Assembly: GCA_964607975.1 (NCBI GenBank)
Contig: CAZSMF010000001.1
Span: 4,663 to 68,662 of the forward strand
DNA length: 64,000 bases
Direction of reading: 5' to 3'
From: an uncultured Campylobacter sp.
Lineage (GTDB): Bacteria > Campylobacterota > Campylobacteria > Campylobacterales > Campylobacteraceae
Position 1 is the stretch's first letter; each line of letters opens with the position of its first letter. The position numbers and the translations under genes are program-made. This document shows, one piece after another, positions 21,990 through 33,257 of this stretch. A model generated the notes under the pieces. That model worked only from the letters and a program-made list of their open reading frames with translations, did not search any database and was not told the origin of the DNA.

Positions 21990-23084
21990 ATGGATAATTA
22001 CGAATACAGCGAACTTTTAAAAAGGCTCAAAAACAAAGTCGGCAACATAGCCTCCATTATCAAGCCTGCAAGCATTAAGGCAAGGCTTGATGAGATAGAA
22101 AAGCTTGAAAATTCACCAAATTTTTGGCAAGAAGCTTCAATGGCAGCACTCATTGGCAAGGAAAAAACCAAAATTTCAAATTTGCTTAAAAATTACGAAA
22201 ATGCCGAAAATGCCCTAAATGACGCTAGTGAGTTGTTTGAACTTGCCAATAGTGAAAATGACGATGAAACGCTTAAAGCCTTGTTTGAGGACGCTACAAA
22301 GCTTGAAGAGACGATTACAAGCCTTGAAATTTCTATGCTTTTAAGTGGGGAAAATGACGGCAAAAATGCTATAATCAGCATTCACCCCGGAGCCGGTGGG
22401 ACTGAGAGTAACGACTGGGCGAGTATGCTTTATAGAATGTATTTGAGATTTTGCGAGAGAGAGGGCTTTAAGGTAGAGACTTTGGACTTTCAAGAGGGCG
22501 ATGAGGCTGGGCTTAAAGATGTGAGCTTTTTAGTCAAGGGCGATAATGCTTATGGCTACTTAAAGGCTGAAAATGGCATTCACCGCCTTGTAAGAATAAG
22601 CCCTTTTGATAGTTCAGGACGCCGTCATACAAGCTTTTCAAGCGTTATGGTAAGCCCTGAGCTTGACGATGATATTATCATAGAGATTGAGGAAAAGGAC
22701 TTACGCATTGATTATTACCGTGCAAGTGGAGCGGGCGGACAGCACATTAACAAAACAGAAAGTGCCGTGCGTATCACGCATTTGCCAAGCGGCATAGTGG
22801 TGCAGTGTCAAAACGACAGAAGCCAACATAAAAACAAAGCCACAGCGATGAAAATGTTAAATTCTCGCCTTTATGAATTAGAGCGAATGAAGCAACAAGA
22901 CGCTAACAACACGGGCGAAAAAAGCGAGATAGGCTGGGGGCATCAAATCCGCTCTTATGTGCTTTTTCCTTATCAGCAAATCAAAGATAATCGCTCTAAT
23001 GAGGCTTTTTCAAATGTGGAAGCCATTTTAGACGGAGATATTAAAAAGCTCATTGAGGGCGTTTTAATCGCTCAAAAAAGCTAA
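21990..23084 (+). CDS. prfB: Peptide chain release factor 2 (continuous ORF, no programmed frameshift)
   Basis: SPF anticodon tripeptide, GGQ, RRHTSF and IRSYV motifs. Confidence 0.97.
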   Translation: MDNYEYSELLKRLKNKVGNIASIIKPASIKARLDEIEKLENSPNFWQEASMAALIGKEKTKISNLLKNYENAENALNDASELFELANSENDDETLKALFEDATKLEETITSLEISMLLSGENDGKNAIISIHPGAGGTESNDWASMLYRMYLRFCEREGFKVETLDFQEGDEAGLKDVSFLVKGDNAYGYLKAENGIHRLVRISPFDSSGRRHTSFSSVMVSPELDDDIIIEIEEKDLRIDYYRASGAGGQHINKTESAVRITHLPSGIVVQCQNDRSQHKNKATAMKMLNSRLYELERMKQQDANNTGEKSEIGWGHQIRSYVLFPYQQIKDNRSNEAFSNVEAILDGDIKKLIEGVLIAQKS

Positions 23085-23590
23085 TGCTTACTGCCCTTGT
23101 GTAAGAAATAAAGCCCCACGCAAAGTGCCAAAATCGAACCGGCAAGATAAGTCATATCAAGCATTGTTTCAAGTTTCATTTGCAAAACGCGTTGAAAGAA
23201 ATTCACCACCAAAACCATAATAATCACTTTGGCGAGTTTATCTTTAAGCTGGTCTAAACTATGCACTTCAAGGACTTTGGATTGTTTTAGCGTTTTTAGC
23301 TCCTCAATTTCACTCACAAAAAGTTCATAAATTCCAAAAGAAAAGATGAAAAGCACCAAAGCCATAAGATACAAATCCACAGCCCCGATAATCTGCCCCA
23401 CAATGTCCTCGTGCAAATCTATGCTTGAATTTGGCAAAATAAAATAATCAAAAGTGTAGATTAAAACCTTGATAATATCATAACTTGCGATGAAAAATAA
23501 CACAAAAGCACCGATAAGCCCAAAGATAACGGGCAAAATCGTTACTATGCGGCTTTTCATCAAAATTTTTTGAAACATTTTTTTAGGCAT
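23081..23590 (-). CDS. YqhA/UPF0114 membrane protein (Cj1022c-like)
   Basis: [18 protein letters not shown] and LDQLKDKL motifs; four hydrophobic segments. Confidence 0.85.
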   Translation of the reverse strand: MPKKMFQKILMKSRIVTILPVIFGLIGAFVLFFIASYDIIKVLIYTFDYFILPNSSIDLHEDIVGQIIGAVDLYLMALVLFIFSFGIYELFVSEIEELKTLKQSKVLEVHSLDQLKDKLAKVIIMVLVVNFFQRVLQMKLETMLDMTYLAGSILALCVGLYFLHKGSKH

Positions 23591-23804
23591 TTTTTCCCCA
23601 TTTGTAAAGTTTTAAAAGCAAAAATTTAACCAAAAATTCTAAATTTGACAAATTTTTTAAATTGTAAATCTTTATTTTGAGCTTTTTAACGCAGCAATCA
23701 AAGCCCATCAAGACAATAGCCTTGTCATCTGCTTTAATGTAAAAATCAAAGGCTTAAAACAAATTATTTTATCTTTTAAAGCATTTATCAGCAAAATGTA
23801 AGGC

Positions 23805-24830
23805 TTATTTGCCTTGCATTTGAAGCCATTTTTGAGCGATGCGAACCGCATTTGTCGCCGCACCAACGCGAATTTGGTCTGCCACGCACCACAAATGAAG
23901 CACATTTTTGCGGTTAATGTCATTTCTTATGCGTCCTACATAGGTTTCATTGGTATTGCTCGTATGTAAAGGCATAGGGTATTTGTTGTTTTTTGGCTCA
24001 TCAATCACGCTCACGCTTGGAGCATTAGCAAGTATCTGCCTTGCCTTTTTCGCATCAACTTCCTTTTTAAAATGCAAAGTCAAAGCCTCACTATGACTTC
24101 GCAAAACACCCACACGCACACAAGTTGCACTCACTTCAAGCACCTTGTGTAAAATCTTTTGCGTTTCATTCACCATTTTCATTTCTTCTTTGGTGTAGTC
24201 ATTTTCCATAAAAACATCAATATGCGGAATCACATTAAGAGCTAGGGTGTGCGGAAAGGTTTGAGCCTTAAATTCATCAAGTTTAAAGGCAAAAAAGCTT
24301 TGCAAACCACTCACAAGCTCCTCCATACCCTCTTTCCCCGCTCCACTTGCTGCTTGATAGGTAGCAACATCAACCCTTTGCAAGTCAAATACCTCATCAA
24401 GTGGCTTTAAAATATGCACCATTTGAATGGTGGAGCAGTTTGGATTGGCGATTATGCCTCTTTTTTTCCACTGCGAAATATCATCAGGATTTACCTCTGG
24501 CACGACAAGGGGGACATCTTTATCCATTCTAAAATGGCTCGTGTTATCAATCACCAAAGCACCCGCTTCAACGGCAAATTGAGCAAATTGAGCTGAAATA
24601 TTACCACCAGCACTGAAAAAGGCAATATCCACAGGATTTTCTTTAAACACTTCTTTGCTTAATTCCTGCACCTTGTAGTTTGTGCCTTTAAAATTCACAT
24701 TAGCACCAGCACTTTTAGCACTTGCTAATGGTAAAATGCTTTCTACGGGGAATTCAAGCTCAGCTAAAACATTTAAAAGCTCCTCACCCACCGCACCTGT
24801 GGCTCCAACTATGGCTATTTTTGCTTTCAT
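23805..24830 (-). CDS. asd: Aspartate-semialdehyde dehydrogenase
   Basis: VGATGAVG, NPNCST, YQAASGAG, HSE and KGAATN-like GAATNAV motifs. Confidence 0.97.
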   Translation of the reverse strand: MKAKIAIVGATGAVGEELLNVLAELEFPVESILPLASAKSAGANVNFKGTNYKVQELSKEVFKENPVDIAFFSAGGNISAQFAQFAVEAGALVIDNTSHFRMDKDVPLVVPEVNPDDISQWKKRGIIANPNCSTIQMVHILKPLDEVFDLQRVDVATYQAASGAGKEGMEELVSGLQSFFAFKLDEFKAQTFPHTLALNVIPHIDVFMENDYTKEEMKMVNETQKILHKVLEVSATCVRVGVLRSHSEALTLHFKKEVDAKKARQILANAPSVSVIDEPKNNKYPMPLHTSNTNETYVGRIRNDINRKNVLHLWCVADQIRVGAATNAVRIAQKWLQMQGK

Positions 24831-24910
24831 TTTTCTGCCTTGTCTTTAATTTTTAGGGCTTTGATTGTATTATATTTAATATTAAGATTTGCTTAATTTT
24901 ATAAAGCAAA

Positions 24911-26200
24911 TCATAGCTCTAAATCATATTTTTGCATTTTTTCTTTCAGCACTTCTTCGCTCATACCAAGCATTGAGGCGGATTTTTTGAGATTATTTTT
25001 ACACTCACTTAACACCTCGATAATCAATTCTTTTTCTAAAATTGGAATCTCTCTTTTTGCCCTGCTGTCTAAAAATAAATCCTCGCTTGAAATTTCGGCA
25101 TTCTCGCTTAAAATACACGCCCTTTGCACTATGGAAATCAGCTCTCGTATATTGCCCGGATATTCATAATCTAAAAGGCTATACTCAGCCTCTTTACTCA
25201 GCGTTTTAGCTTCAAGTTCGTATTCTTTGCAAGTGTCTTTAAGCACTTGCTCGGCTATGCCTAAAATCTCCTCTTTTCTTTGCTTTAAAGGTGGAATTTT
25301 AATGGGTATGGTGTTAAGGCGGTAGTATAAATCACTTCTAAATTCATTATTTTCAATCTTTTTTTCTATATTTGCATTTGTCGCACACACTATACGCACA
25401 TCGATTTTAATGGGCTTTGTTCCGCCAAGCCTTGAAATTTCACGCTCTTGCAAGGCTCTTAAAAGTTTGGCTTGAATTTCAAAGGGCATTTCGCCTATCT
25501 CATCTAAAAACAATGTGCCTTCATTAGCCAACTCAAAAAGCCCTATTTTCGTGGCATTTGCGTCTGTAAATGCCCCCTTTTCAAAGCCAAAAAGCTCACT
25601 TTCGATGAGATTTGCGGGGATTGCTGCCATATTGATAGCCACGAAAGATTTCATCGCTCTTTTTGAATTTTTATGTATGTAATTAGCAACCAATTCCTTA
25701 CCCACGCCACTTTCGCCAAAAAGCATAACACTAGCATCTGTTTTTGCCGCCTTTAAGCTCAAATCCAAAGTCTTTTGCAAAGCCGGAGAACTTGCAAAAA
25801 ATTCCCCATTTGCCTTTTGATTATTTGCCTTGCTTTTGTGTGCGGTTTTTTCGCGTATGATTTTAACCCTTTTAATGGCTTGAACTAAGGTAGAAATGTC
25901 AAAAGGTTTGGTTAAAAAGTCCTTAACTCCAAGTCGCACCGCTTCTATGGCGCGGTTAAGCGTAGCGTTGCCTGTGATGATGATAAAATCGTATTTATTG
26001 GCACATTGTTTGACAAATTCTATGCCATCAATGCCGGGCATATTGATGTCTGTGATGATTAAATCCACCTCATTGTCAAGCTTTTTTAACGCCTCTGTGG
26101 CGGATTTATACGAAGTAATGTTAAATTCCTTATACTCGCTCAAAGCGATTTCTAGGGACTTTCGCATATTTATATCATCTTCAACGACCACTAAATTCAC
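24911..26200 (-). CDS. flgR: Sigma54-dependent flagellar response regulator FlgR
   Basis: Receiver domain (DINMP), [21 protein letters not shown] and YPGNIREL; GTG start with AAGGAG RBS. Confidence 0.92.
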   Translation of the reverse strand: MNLVVVEDDINMRKSLEIALSEYKEFNITSYKSATEALKKLDNEVDLIITDINMPGIDGIEFVKQCANKYDFIIITGNATLNRAIEAVRLGVKDFLTKPFDISTLVQAIKRVKIIREKTAHKSKANNQKANGEFFASSPALQKTLDLSLKAAKTDASVMLFGESGVGKELVANYIHKNSKRAMKSFVAINMAAIPANLIESELFGFEKGAFTDANATKIGLFELANEGTLFLDEIGEMPFEIQAKLLRALQEREISRLGGTKPIKIDVRIVCATNANIEKKIENNEFRSDLYYRLNTIPIKIPPLKQRKEEILGIAEQVLKDTCKEYELEAKTLSKEAEYSLLDYEYPGNIRELISIVQRACILSENAEISSEDLFLDSRAKREIPILEKELIIEVLSECKNNLKKSASMLGMSEEVLKEKMQKYDLEL

Positions 26201-26221
26201 GCTTTCTCCTTCAAAAAATTA

Positions 26222-26638
26222 TCACTTTTGGCGACTTTTTCTCTGCTCTACGCCTAATTGCTCGTAAGCTTCAATATCTGCTTTGTAAGTGCCATAAAGC
26301 TTTGCTAATGCTCTGTTTAAAAATGAAATATGTTTGGCTGTGGAATTTGAATTTAAGGCGACATTACGCACAAATTCAAGCTTTTTTTTCGCCTCTACAC
26401 TTAAAGTTTCACTTTGTTTGTAAGGCAGTTTTTGGGTTTTGATAAATTCCTCTATAAGCTCTTGCAAAGCCGCTCCACGCAAGGTTAAAGCCTCTTGTAA
26501 AAAATCATCAAGGCTTCTTTCTTGCTTTTTAAACTCACTTTGGCTTTCTTTTTTGCTAAGGCGAAACAGCACAAGCACTAGAATTAAAAGCACAAAAATG
26601 ATGATGAAAGATAAAAGCACTATGCTGGTGTGGCTCAT
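26222..26638 (-). CDS. Single-TM membrane hypothetical protein (probably Cj1012c-like)
   Basis: N-terminal hydrophobic helix; directly downstream of ccsBA. Confidence 0.65.
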   Translation of the reverse strand: MSHTSIVLLSFIIIFVLLILVLVLFRLSKKESQSEFKKQERSLDDFLQEALTLRGAALQELIEEFIKTQKLPYKQSETLSVEAKKKLEFVRNVALNSNSTAKHISFLNRALAKLYGTYKADIEAYEQLGVEQRKSRQK

Positions 26639-26646
26639 TTTCGCTC

Positions 26647-29600
26647 CTATAATTTTTTAGCATAAGATTTTTTAAAAAAGCTTATTATAGCTAAAATTAA
26701 CATTAAAATAAAACTATAATAGACATAATCTGGTATTTTCGTCCCATCTCCTGCGGCGTAAGAGTGCATTCCTGTGAGGAAGTAATTAACGCCAAAATAA
26801 GTCATTATAATGCTCCAATACGCAAACATTGAAGCTGTCGCAAAGACATATTGATTTGCTAAATTTGGTATCATTCTAATGTGAAGCACGGCTGCGTAAA
26901 TGAGTATACTGATTAAAGCCCAAGTTTCCTTTGAGTCCCAGCTCCAATACCGCCCCCAGCTTTCATTCGCCCAAATCGCTCCTAGAAAATTGCCTATGGT
27001 AAGCAAAATTAGCCCTAAAATCATAGACATTTCATTGATACGAGTGGCTTCTGTAATGTTTCTTTGTATGTTTTCGTTGAATTTACCGCCCTTTTTCATA
27101 AAGCAAAATAAAATTAAAACAAAAATACCAAGCAAGGTGCAAAGCCCTAAAAATCCATAACTAGCAGTGATGACAGAAACGTGAATGCTTAGCCAATAGC
27201 TATCCAGCACAGGCACTAAATTTGTAATTTGCGGGTCCATTTCGCCCAAATGCGCTACCCACAACACAAGCCCTGCTAAAATAGAAGTGAGCGACAAAGC
27301 CACAGGGCTTTTGCGTGAAAATAAAAGCCCACAAAGCCCCAAAGCCCAAGCAATGTAAATCATACTTTCATAAGCATTACTCCAAGGGGCGTGCTGAGCG
27401 ATATAGGCTCTTAAAACAAGCCCCAAAGTCAGCACAATAAAGGCAAAAATCGTTAAAGCATACACGATTTTAAAGGCTGTTTTGATATTTGTTTGCGGAC
27501 GAAGCATTTTAAACAGCACTAAAATCAGCAGTAAAATTCCAACAAACAAATAAACAGGCGTGAGTTTGACAAAAATTTGAGCGTTATTGACAAAAATTTC
27601 GCTTTGAATTTTACTCTCACTTGGCATAACTTGTAAGCCGTATTTTTTTTGATACTGCTTGATAAGTGCTAATGCCGAATCAACCTTGCTATAATTGTTT
27701 TCTATAAGGGCTAAAATATTGGCGTTAATGTAGTTGCCAAAGAGCATTGCCACTTCCTCGCCCTCAGCATTTTCAATCATTTGACGCATTCTCGCCTCAT
27801 CAAGATGACTTGGAGAAAGCCAAAGATTGTTTTGTCCGCTTTGCAAAGGAAAGAGTTTAAGCAAATCCCCACCCAAAACCAAATTCACGATATTTGCCCT
27901 CTCATCAAGCTTGATGATTTCTTTGTCAAAAACACCACGAGAATTTGGATTTTTGCGATTGGCATTTTCTACATATTTTTGTAATTTGTAATTATCGTTA
28001 GCGTCAAAAAAGTCCGCATAGCGAATGTATTTTTGCGGGGCTTTTAGCCCTAGAATTTTGGCAAATTCCTCGTTGACGGCTTTATTTTTTGTAGTAAAAA
28101 TCATAGGCTCATAAGCCCACCACTCTTTAAAAATAAACATAGAAAACACCACAGCATTGGCATTTTTACCCTCATAAGTTCTTTTTTTATGCACCTTTTC
28201 TAAAATTTCACCCGCTAAGGTGTCAAAAGGCACCATTCTGCCGCTGTTTTTCTGCACGATGAGCGAGGCGATTTTATCGGCGTGTTCTTGTGAGGCTATG
28301 GGGGCTTCTTTTCGATTTTGAGCATTCATCGGCGGTGCAAAACTAAGATAAGCAAGGGCTAAAAGCACAGCACCCACCTTTAAAGCCTCTTTATTGATGA
28401 GTTTGGCAAGGGTTTGAAACCTTGAATTTGGATTAAATAAACTTAAAACCATTCCCAAGCAAAGTAAGAAATAGCCTATGTAGGTAGGCACTTTGCCCGG
28501 GTCTTTATTAACAGATAAAATCGTCCCTCGCTCATCTTGGTCGTAAGAGCTTTGATAAAAGCGGTAGCCTTTGTAATCAAGGACATTATTCATAAAAATT
28601 CTATAATCAAAACGATTTTCGCCATCTTGCACCTCAACTTCACTCGCATAAGAGCTTGGCGACATTGAACCCGGATACCTTTCTAAAACAAAGTCTTTCA
28701 AATAAAGCTCAAAAGGTGCTGCTTGGCTTGCTGGGCTGTAAGAGATGAAAAAGAGCTGTCCTGCCACATCAACAGGAGTAGGTTTGGCGTGTTCAAATAT
28801 TGTTATATCCTTGCTCTCGCCCTTGTATTCTAGGGTAAGTTCTAAGGCGTTAATCGCATTTTTATCCAGCACAAGCTTTTGGCTATTACCAAAAACAAGG
28901 CTTAAAAGCCATTTAAAGAAATTGTTATCCTCAGGGCGATTTTTGCCGACAAGTTCAATTTTGCCGTTTAAGGAAGCAAATTTGATGACAAAATTCATAT
29001 CCTTGTGGCTGTAAAGTCTTTTTTCACTTGCTTTTGCCTTTGAGAGAGCTTTTAAATTCGCATTTTCTCCACCGCTCATACTCATAAAATCCAAATTTTC
29101 ACTCGATATTAGCTCTAAATTTTCATTGATTTTCACAAAGGGTTTAGCCACCTCATCATTTAAAAAAGCAAAATGAACGCCATCAATTTGCACCACATCA
29201 CCCCTGCCAAGCACAAGTTCATTGACGCCGTCTGTTTTTGTGTTTATCATCAAAACCATCATAGGCTCACTTTGATTGTCCTCTTTATAAAGCTCCTCGA
29301 CATTTAAGAGCAAATTTTTGTATTTAAGTCTGGCTTTTTCATCGCCGAATTTAAGCTTAATGTCAAAGCTGTTGGCAAAGGGCAAAAGGGCTATGTCTGT
29401 GTTAAGCTCCTCGCCATAGGCGGTATTGTCTTTAAGAGCAGCAAATTTTATGAAAGATTTTGAGCTGTTAATTACCGAGCTTGACGCATTTTCTCTAATA
29501 TGCATATAGCCTTCAAAGCCCATATAACGAGTCATCGCCGCACCAAGTAAGATAAATAAAAAAGACAGGTGAAAGACAAGCAGGGGAATTTTTTTGCGTG

Positions 29601-29817
29601 AAATCATCTTATAACGCCAAATTCCACAGGCTAAATTTAATCCCAACAAAAGCTGTATCAAAGCAAAATAAGCACTACCATACACCATAACCCAAGCTGT
29701 TGGTGTATCATAAGCACTTTCTATAAAAGTCGCCAAAGCACAAAAACAGGCAAAAAGCAAAAATAAAGCAACGCTGATTTTCAAGCTACCCACGGCGTTA
29801 ATCACATTTTTCATCAT
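26647..29817 (-). CDS. ccsBA: Fused system II cytochrome c biogenesis protein CcsBA
   Basis: WGRYWSWDSKETW (WWD domain), HLSF, HVS and GMHSYA histidines; ResB-like N-terminal part. Confidence 0.93.
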   Translation of the reverse strand: MMKNVINAVGSLKISVALFLLFACFCALATFIESAYDTPTAWVMVYGSAYFALIQLLLGLNLACGIWRYKMISRKKIPLLVFHLSFLFILLGAAMTRYMGFEGYMHIRENASSSVINSSKSFIKFAALKDNTAYGEELNTDIALLPFANSFDIKLKFGDEKARLKYKNLLLNVEELYKEDNQSEPMMVLMINTKTDGVNELVLGRGDVVQIDGVHFAFLNDEVAKPFVKINENLELISSENLDFMSMSGGENANLKALSKAKASEKRLYSHKDMNFVIKFASLNGKIELVGKNRPEDNNFFKWLLSLVFGNSQKLVLDKNAINALELTLEYKGESKDITIFEHAKPTPVDVAGQLFFISYSPASQAAPFELYLKDFVLERYPGSMSPSSYASEVEVQDGENRFDYRIFMNNVLDYKGYRFYQSSYDQDERGTILSVNKDPGKVPTYIGYFLLCLGMVLSLFNPNSRFQTLAKLINKEALKVGAVLLALAYLSFAPPMNAQNRKEAPIASQEHADKIASLIVQKNSGRMVPFDTLAGEILEKVHKKRTYEGKNANAVVFSMFIFKEWWAYEPMIFTTKNKAVNEEFAKILGLKAPQKYIRYADFFDANDNYKLQKYVENANRKNPNSRGVFDKEIIKLDERANIVNLVLGGDLLKLFPLQSGQNNLWLSPSHLDEARMRQMIENAEGEEVAMLFGNYINANILALIENNYSKVDSALALIKQYQKKYGLQVMPSESKIQSEIFVNNAQIFVKLTPVYLFVGILLLILVLFKMLRPQTNIKTAFKIVYALTIFAFIVLTLGLVLRAYIAQHAPWSNAYESMIYIAWALGLCGLLFSRKSPVALSLTSILAGLVLWVAHLGEMDPQITNLVPVLDSYWLSIHVSVITASYGFLGLCTLLGIFVLILFCFMKKGGKFNENIQRNITEATRINEMSMILGLILLTIGNFLGAIWANESWGRYWSWDSKETWALISILIYAAVLHIRMIPNLANQYVFATASMFAYWSIIMTYFGVNYFLTGMHSYAAGDGTKIPDYVYYSFILMLILAIISFFKKSYAKKL

Positions 29818-29876
29818 CTACCTCAACTTTATAAAAGTCTTTAAGCCTTTATTATAGTCTTTTTTGGTTTCTAAAA

Positions 29877-30566
29877 CTACGCCCCCAAATATTTTTTACG
29901 AATTTCATCATTGTGGCTTAATTCCTCGCCTTGCAGGGTGATTTTGCCATTTTCTAAAACATAGGCATAATCGCTGATTTTAAGTGCTAAAAAGGCGTTT
30001 TGCTCGACTAAAAGTATGGTAATGCCCTCATTTTTCAAACGCACAATGGTTTCAAACACCTCAGCGACTATTTTAGGGGCAAGTCCAAGACTTGGCTCAT
30101 CAAGCATTAAAAGCTTTGGCTCACTCATCAAAGCCCTTGAAATCGCAAGCATTTGAGCCTCACCGCCGCTTAAATTTCCGGCTAGAATTTGCCTTTTTTC
30201 AGCAAGTCGCGGAAAGAGTTTATACATTTGTTCTTTTAAATGCTCGTAATTTTCTCCATTGTTAAAAGCTCCTATTTTGAGGTTTTCCTCCACGCTTAAA
30301 TTGATAAAAACCCGCCTTCCCTCAGGCACAAGGGCTATGCCTTTTTGCACCAAAGTATGCGGCAAGTGCCTTTTGGTATCATAGCCTAAAAAATTCACCT
30401 CGCCCTTTCTTTTTACGCTGTTAAGCAAGGCATTAAGCGTTGAGCTTTTACCCGCTCCGTTTGAGCCGATTAAGCTTACAATCTGCCCCGTTTGCACTCT
30501 AAAATCAATGCCTCTTACCGCTTCAATCAAGCCATAATACACCTTTAAATTCTTAACCCAAAGCAT
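29877..30566 (-). CDS. livF: Branched-chain amino acid ABC ATPase
   Basis: GSNGAGKS, LSGGEAQM, LDEPSLGL and LVEQN. Confidence 0.93.
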   Translation of the reverse strand: MLWVKNLKVYYGLIEAVRGIDFRVQTGQIVSLIGSNGAGKSSTLNALLNSVKRKGEVNFLGYDTKRHLPHTLVQKGIALVPEGRRVFINLSVEENLKIGAFNNGENYEHLKEQMYKLFPRLAEKRQILAGNLSGGEAQMLAISRALMSEPKLLMLDEPSLGLAPKIVAEVFETIVRLKNEGITILLVEQNAFLALKISDYAYVLENGKITLQGEELSHNDEIRKKYLGA

Positions 30567-31335
30567 TATTTACTCCCAAATTATCACCAAGATAAGCACG
30601 GACAACATCTTCATTTAAAATCGCCTCACTCACCTTGCCTTCAAAAATGCTTTTGCCATAATCTAAAACCAAAACCCTATCGCACAAAGCATTGACAAAA
30701 TGCATATCGTGTTCTATGAGTAAAATGCTTAATTTATAATCCTCGCGTAATTTTAAAATGAGCTTTGCTAATTCATCGCTTTCACTCGCATTCATACCAG
30801 CTACTGGCTCATCAAGCAAAAGCAAACTCGGCTTTGTCGCCATAGCTCTTGCGATTTCAACCTTTCTTTGCTGCCCGTAGCTTAAATTTGAGGCTTTTTC
30901 ATCGGCAAATTGAGCGATATTAAGCATTTCTAAAAGCTTGAAAGCCTGTTCTTTGGCTTCTTTTTCAGCTTTTTTAAAGCGTCCTAAATGCAAAAAGGCT
31001 TCAAAAATGCTGTATTTTATGCTTTGATTAAAGCCTATCAGCACATTTTCAAGCACACTCATACTCGAAAAAAGGCGTATATTTTGAAAGGTGCGAGCTA
31101 TGCCAAGATGAACGATTTGATGAGCTTTGAGCTTGTGGATTTTTTGCCCCTTAAAAATCACCTCGCCCTTTGTGGGCTTGTAATTTCCTGTGATGATATT
31201 AAAAAGCGTGGTTTTACCTGCTCCATTTGGACCAATGAGGGCAAAAATTTCGCCCTCTTTAATGCTAAAATGCGTGTCATTTATCGCTACAACGCCACCA
31301 AAACTTTTGCTGATATGTTTTAAGCTAAGTATCAC
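30553..31335 (-). CDS. livG: Branched-chain amino acid ABC ATPase
   Basis: GPNGAGKT, RTFQNIRLF, LSYGQQR and IEHDM. Confidence 0.93.
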   Translation of the reverse strand: MILSLKHISKSFGGVVAINDTHFSIKEGEIFALIGPNGAGKTTLFNIITGNYKPTKGEVIFKGQKIHKLKAHQIVHLGIARTFQNIRLFSSMSVLENVLIGFNQSIKYSIFEAFLHLGRFKKAEKEAKEQAFKLLEMLNIAQFADEKASNLSYGQQRKVEIARAMATKPSLLLLDEPVAGMNASESDELAKLILKLREDYKLSILLIEHDMHFVNALCDRVLVLDYGKSIFEGKVSEAILNEDVVRAYLGDNLGVNNALG

Positions 31336-32356
31336 GGCTTTTCCTTTTAAAGAGGCTTAAAAGCTCTTTATCACCCATCAAGCCCCTACGAGCAAAGAGC
31401 ATAACCAAAATGAGTATGAGGGAATACACCACCATACGAAGTCCGGGCAAGGCTTTGCTCTCATAACCAAACAAATTCATAGGCTCGTCTAAAAATCTCA
31501 ACCACTCAGCCCCGCCAATGACTAAAAACGCTCCAATAATAGCCCCCGTAGTTGAGCCAAGTCCGCCCAAAACGATGATGATGAGCAGTTGAAAGGTGAG
31601 TAGAAAGTCAAATTGCTCTGGTGAAACTGAGGCTAACAAACAAGCCAAAAGTCCGCCTCCAACGCCCTCTAAAAAGGCAGAAGTGCCAAAGGCAAAGCTT
31701 TTAATCCAAAAGGTATTTATCCCCATAGCACTTGCCGCGTCCTCATCATCTCTTACCGCACGCATTGCCCTGCCATACTTTGAATACACCAAATTTAAGA
31801 TGAGTATCACCGAAATAATGGCAATGCCGCCTGTGTAGTAGATATTTGAATGTCTTGGTAAGTCATTAAGCCCCAAAGAACCATTCGTAATGCTTGGAAA
31901 ATTTATCGCCAAAAGCTTGATAATAATGCCAAAGCCCAAAGTAACGATAGCTAAATAATCCCCCCTCACACGAAACACCGCAAAAGACAACACCAAAGAT
32001 AAAAGCAAAGCACAAAAACCACCAGCTAAAAGGGCTAAAATGAAATTATCATTATGCAAAAACATTATCACCGAGCTTGGATTTTCGAGCATAAATTGCT
32101 CACTTTTGCTCTCAGGGCTTAAAAGGATTAAAGCGGCTACATAAGCTCCCACCGCAACAAAGCCATTTGGTTCGAGGCTAAACTGCCCTGTTACGCCGTT
32201 TATGAGATTATAACTTACAGCAAGTATCACAAAAATGGCGATATTATTAACTATACGCACTCCATAATCGCTAAATAAATGAGGTGTAAGCACGATAAAA
32301 GCAAGAGCAATGATAAAAAAGCTTATATGAGCGAATTTGCGTTGTTTAGCTATCAA
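31325..32356 (-). CDS. livM: Branched-chain amino acid ABC permease
   Basis: GVTGQFSL, GDYLAIVTLGF and VRDDEDAA. Confidence 0.92.
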   Translation of the reverse strand: MIAKQRKFAHISFFIIALAFIVLTPHLFSDYGVRIVNNIAIFVILAVSYNLINGVTGQFSLEPNGFVAVGAYVAALILLSPESKSEQFMLENPSSVIMFLHNDNFILALLAGGFCALLLSLVLSFAVFRVRGDYLAIVTLGFGIIIKLLAINFPSITNGSLGLNDLPRHSNIYYTGGIAIISVILILNLVYSKYGRAMRAVRDDEDAASAMGINTFWIKSFAFGTSAFLEGVGGGLLACLLASVSPEQFDFLLTFQLLIIIVLGGLGSTTGAIIGAFLVIGGAEWLRFLDEPMNLFGYESKALPGLRMVVYSLILILVMLFARRGLMGDKELLSLFKRKSRDT

Positions 32357-33249
32357 AATCTGCTCCTTTCGTAATTTATCCCTAAAATTCCGCTTGGTTT
32401 AAAAAGCAAGATAAACACCAAAAAGATGAAAGCAAAGGCATCTTTAAAACCTGCAAGTTCTGGGAAAAACGCCACAGCCACCACTTCGCTAAAACCAATG
32501 ATTAAAGCTCCCAAAACCGCCCCAAGCACACTGCCAATGCCCCCTAAAACAGCAGCGGCAAAGGCTTTTAAGCCTATTAAAACACCCATATTTGGATCTA
32601 CTGAGGGGTAATTTATCGCCCAAAACACCCCGCCAATAGCCGCCAAGGCTGAGCCAAGTGCAAAGACTATGGAGATGATTTTATTTGCATCAATACCCAT
32701 TAAATTCACCATATGCACATCAAAGGCAAGGGCGCGAATGGCTACGCCGTATTTGCTCTTATAAAGCATAAGCAAAACCAAACACAAAATGATAAAAGTA
32801 AGAAGCGGCACAAAAATGCTCGTATAACTTATACTTAATCCCTTAAATTCAATGATTTTTTCCAAATAACTTGGCACAGGAAAAGAACGAGGTGTCGAAC
32901 CAAAAAAGATATTGAAAAGATTTTGAATTAAAAAGCTCATTCCTATGGCGGTGATGAGTAAAGAAATTCGCGGGGCTTTGCGTAAAGGCTTATAAGCTAT
33001 CTTATCCATAGCTATACCCACACAAGCAGCAAATATCATCGCAAGGCTTAAAGCTCCTAAAAAAGGCACATTCATCGCAGTAATGCAAAAAAGTGCCGTG
33101 TAAGCTCCTATCATCATAATTTCGCCGTGAGCGAAGTTGATAAGCCTTAACACTCCATACACCATAGTATAGCCTATGGCAATAAGTGCATACATACTGC
33201 CAAGGCTGATACCATTGATGAGCTGCTGTAAAAATAAGGTGCTATCCAT
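32353..33249 (-). CDS. livH: Branched-chain amino acid ABC permease
   Basis: GSMYALIAIGYTMVYG, NFAHG and KAFAAAVLGG. Confidence 0.93.
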   Translation of the reverse strand: MDSTLFLQQLINGISLGSMYALIAIGYTMVYGVLRLINFAHGEIMMIGAYTALFCITAMNVPFLGALSLAMIFAACVGIAMDKIAYKPLRKAPRISLLITAIGMSFLIQNLFNIFFGSTPRSFPVPSYLEKIIEFKGLSISYTSIFVPLLTFIILCLVLLMLYKSKYGVAIRALAFDVHMVNLMGIDANKIISIVFALGSALAAIGGVFWAINYPSVDPNMGVLIGLKAFAAAVLGGIGSVLGAVLGALIIGFSEVVAVAFFPELAGFKDAFAFIFLVFILLFKPSGILGINYERSRF

Positions 33250-33257
33250 TAAACCGC

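Noticed and set aside
21990-22080. Programmed +1 frameshift in prfB
   Set aside because: The ORF is continuous and no CTT TGA slippery site interrupts it
18485-22940. Poly-G contingency tracts
   Set aside because: The longest G runs I noticed are G5, below the length typical of Campylobacter phase variation
23590-23805. 215-nt intergenic region with a small hairpin GACAA-TAGCC-TTGTC (23712-23726) as a possible sRNA or gene remnant
   Set aside because: Only a 5-bp stem, no promoter-terminator pair and no start codon for the open minus frame
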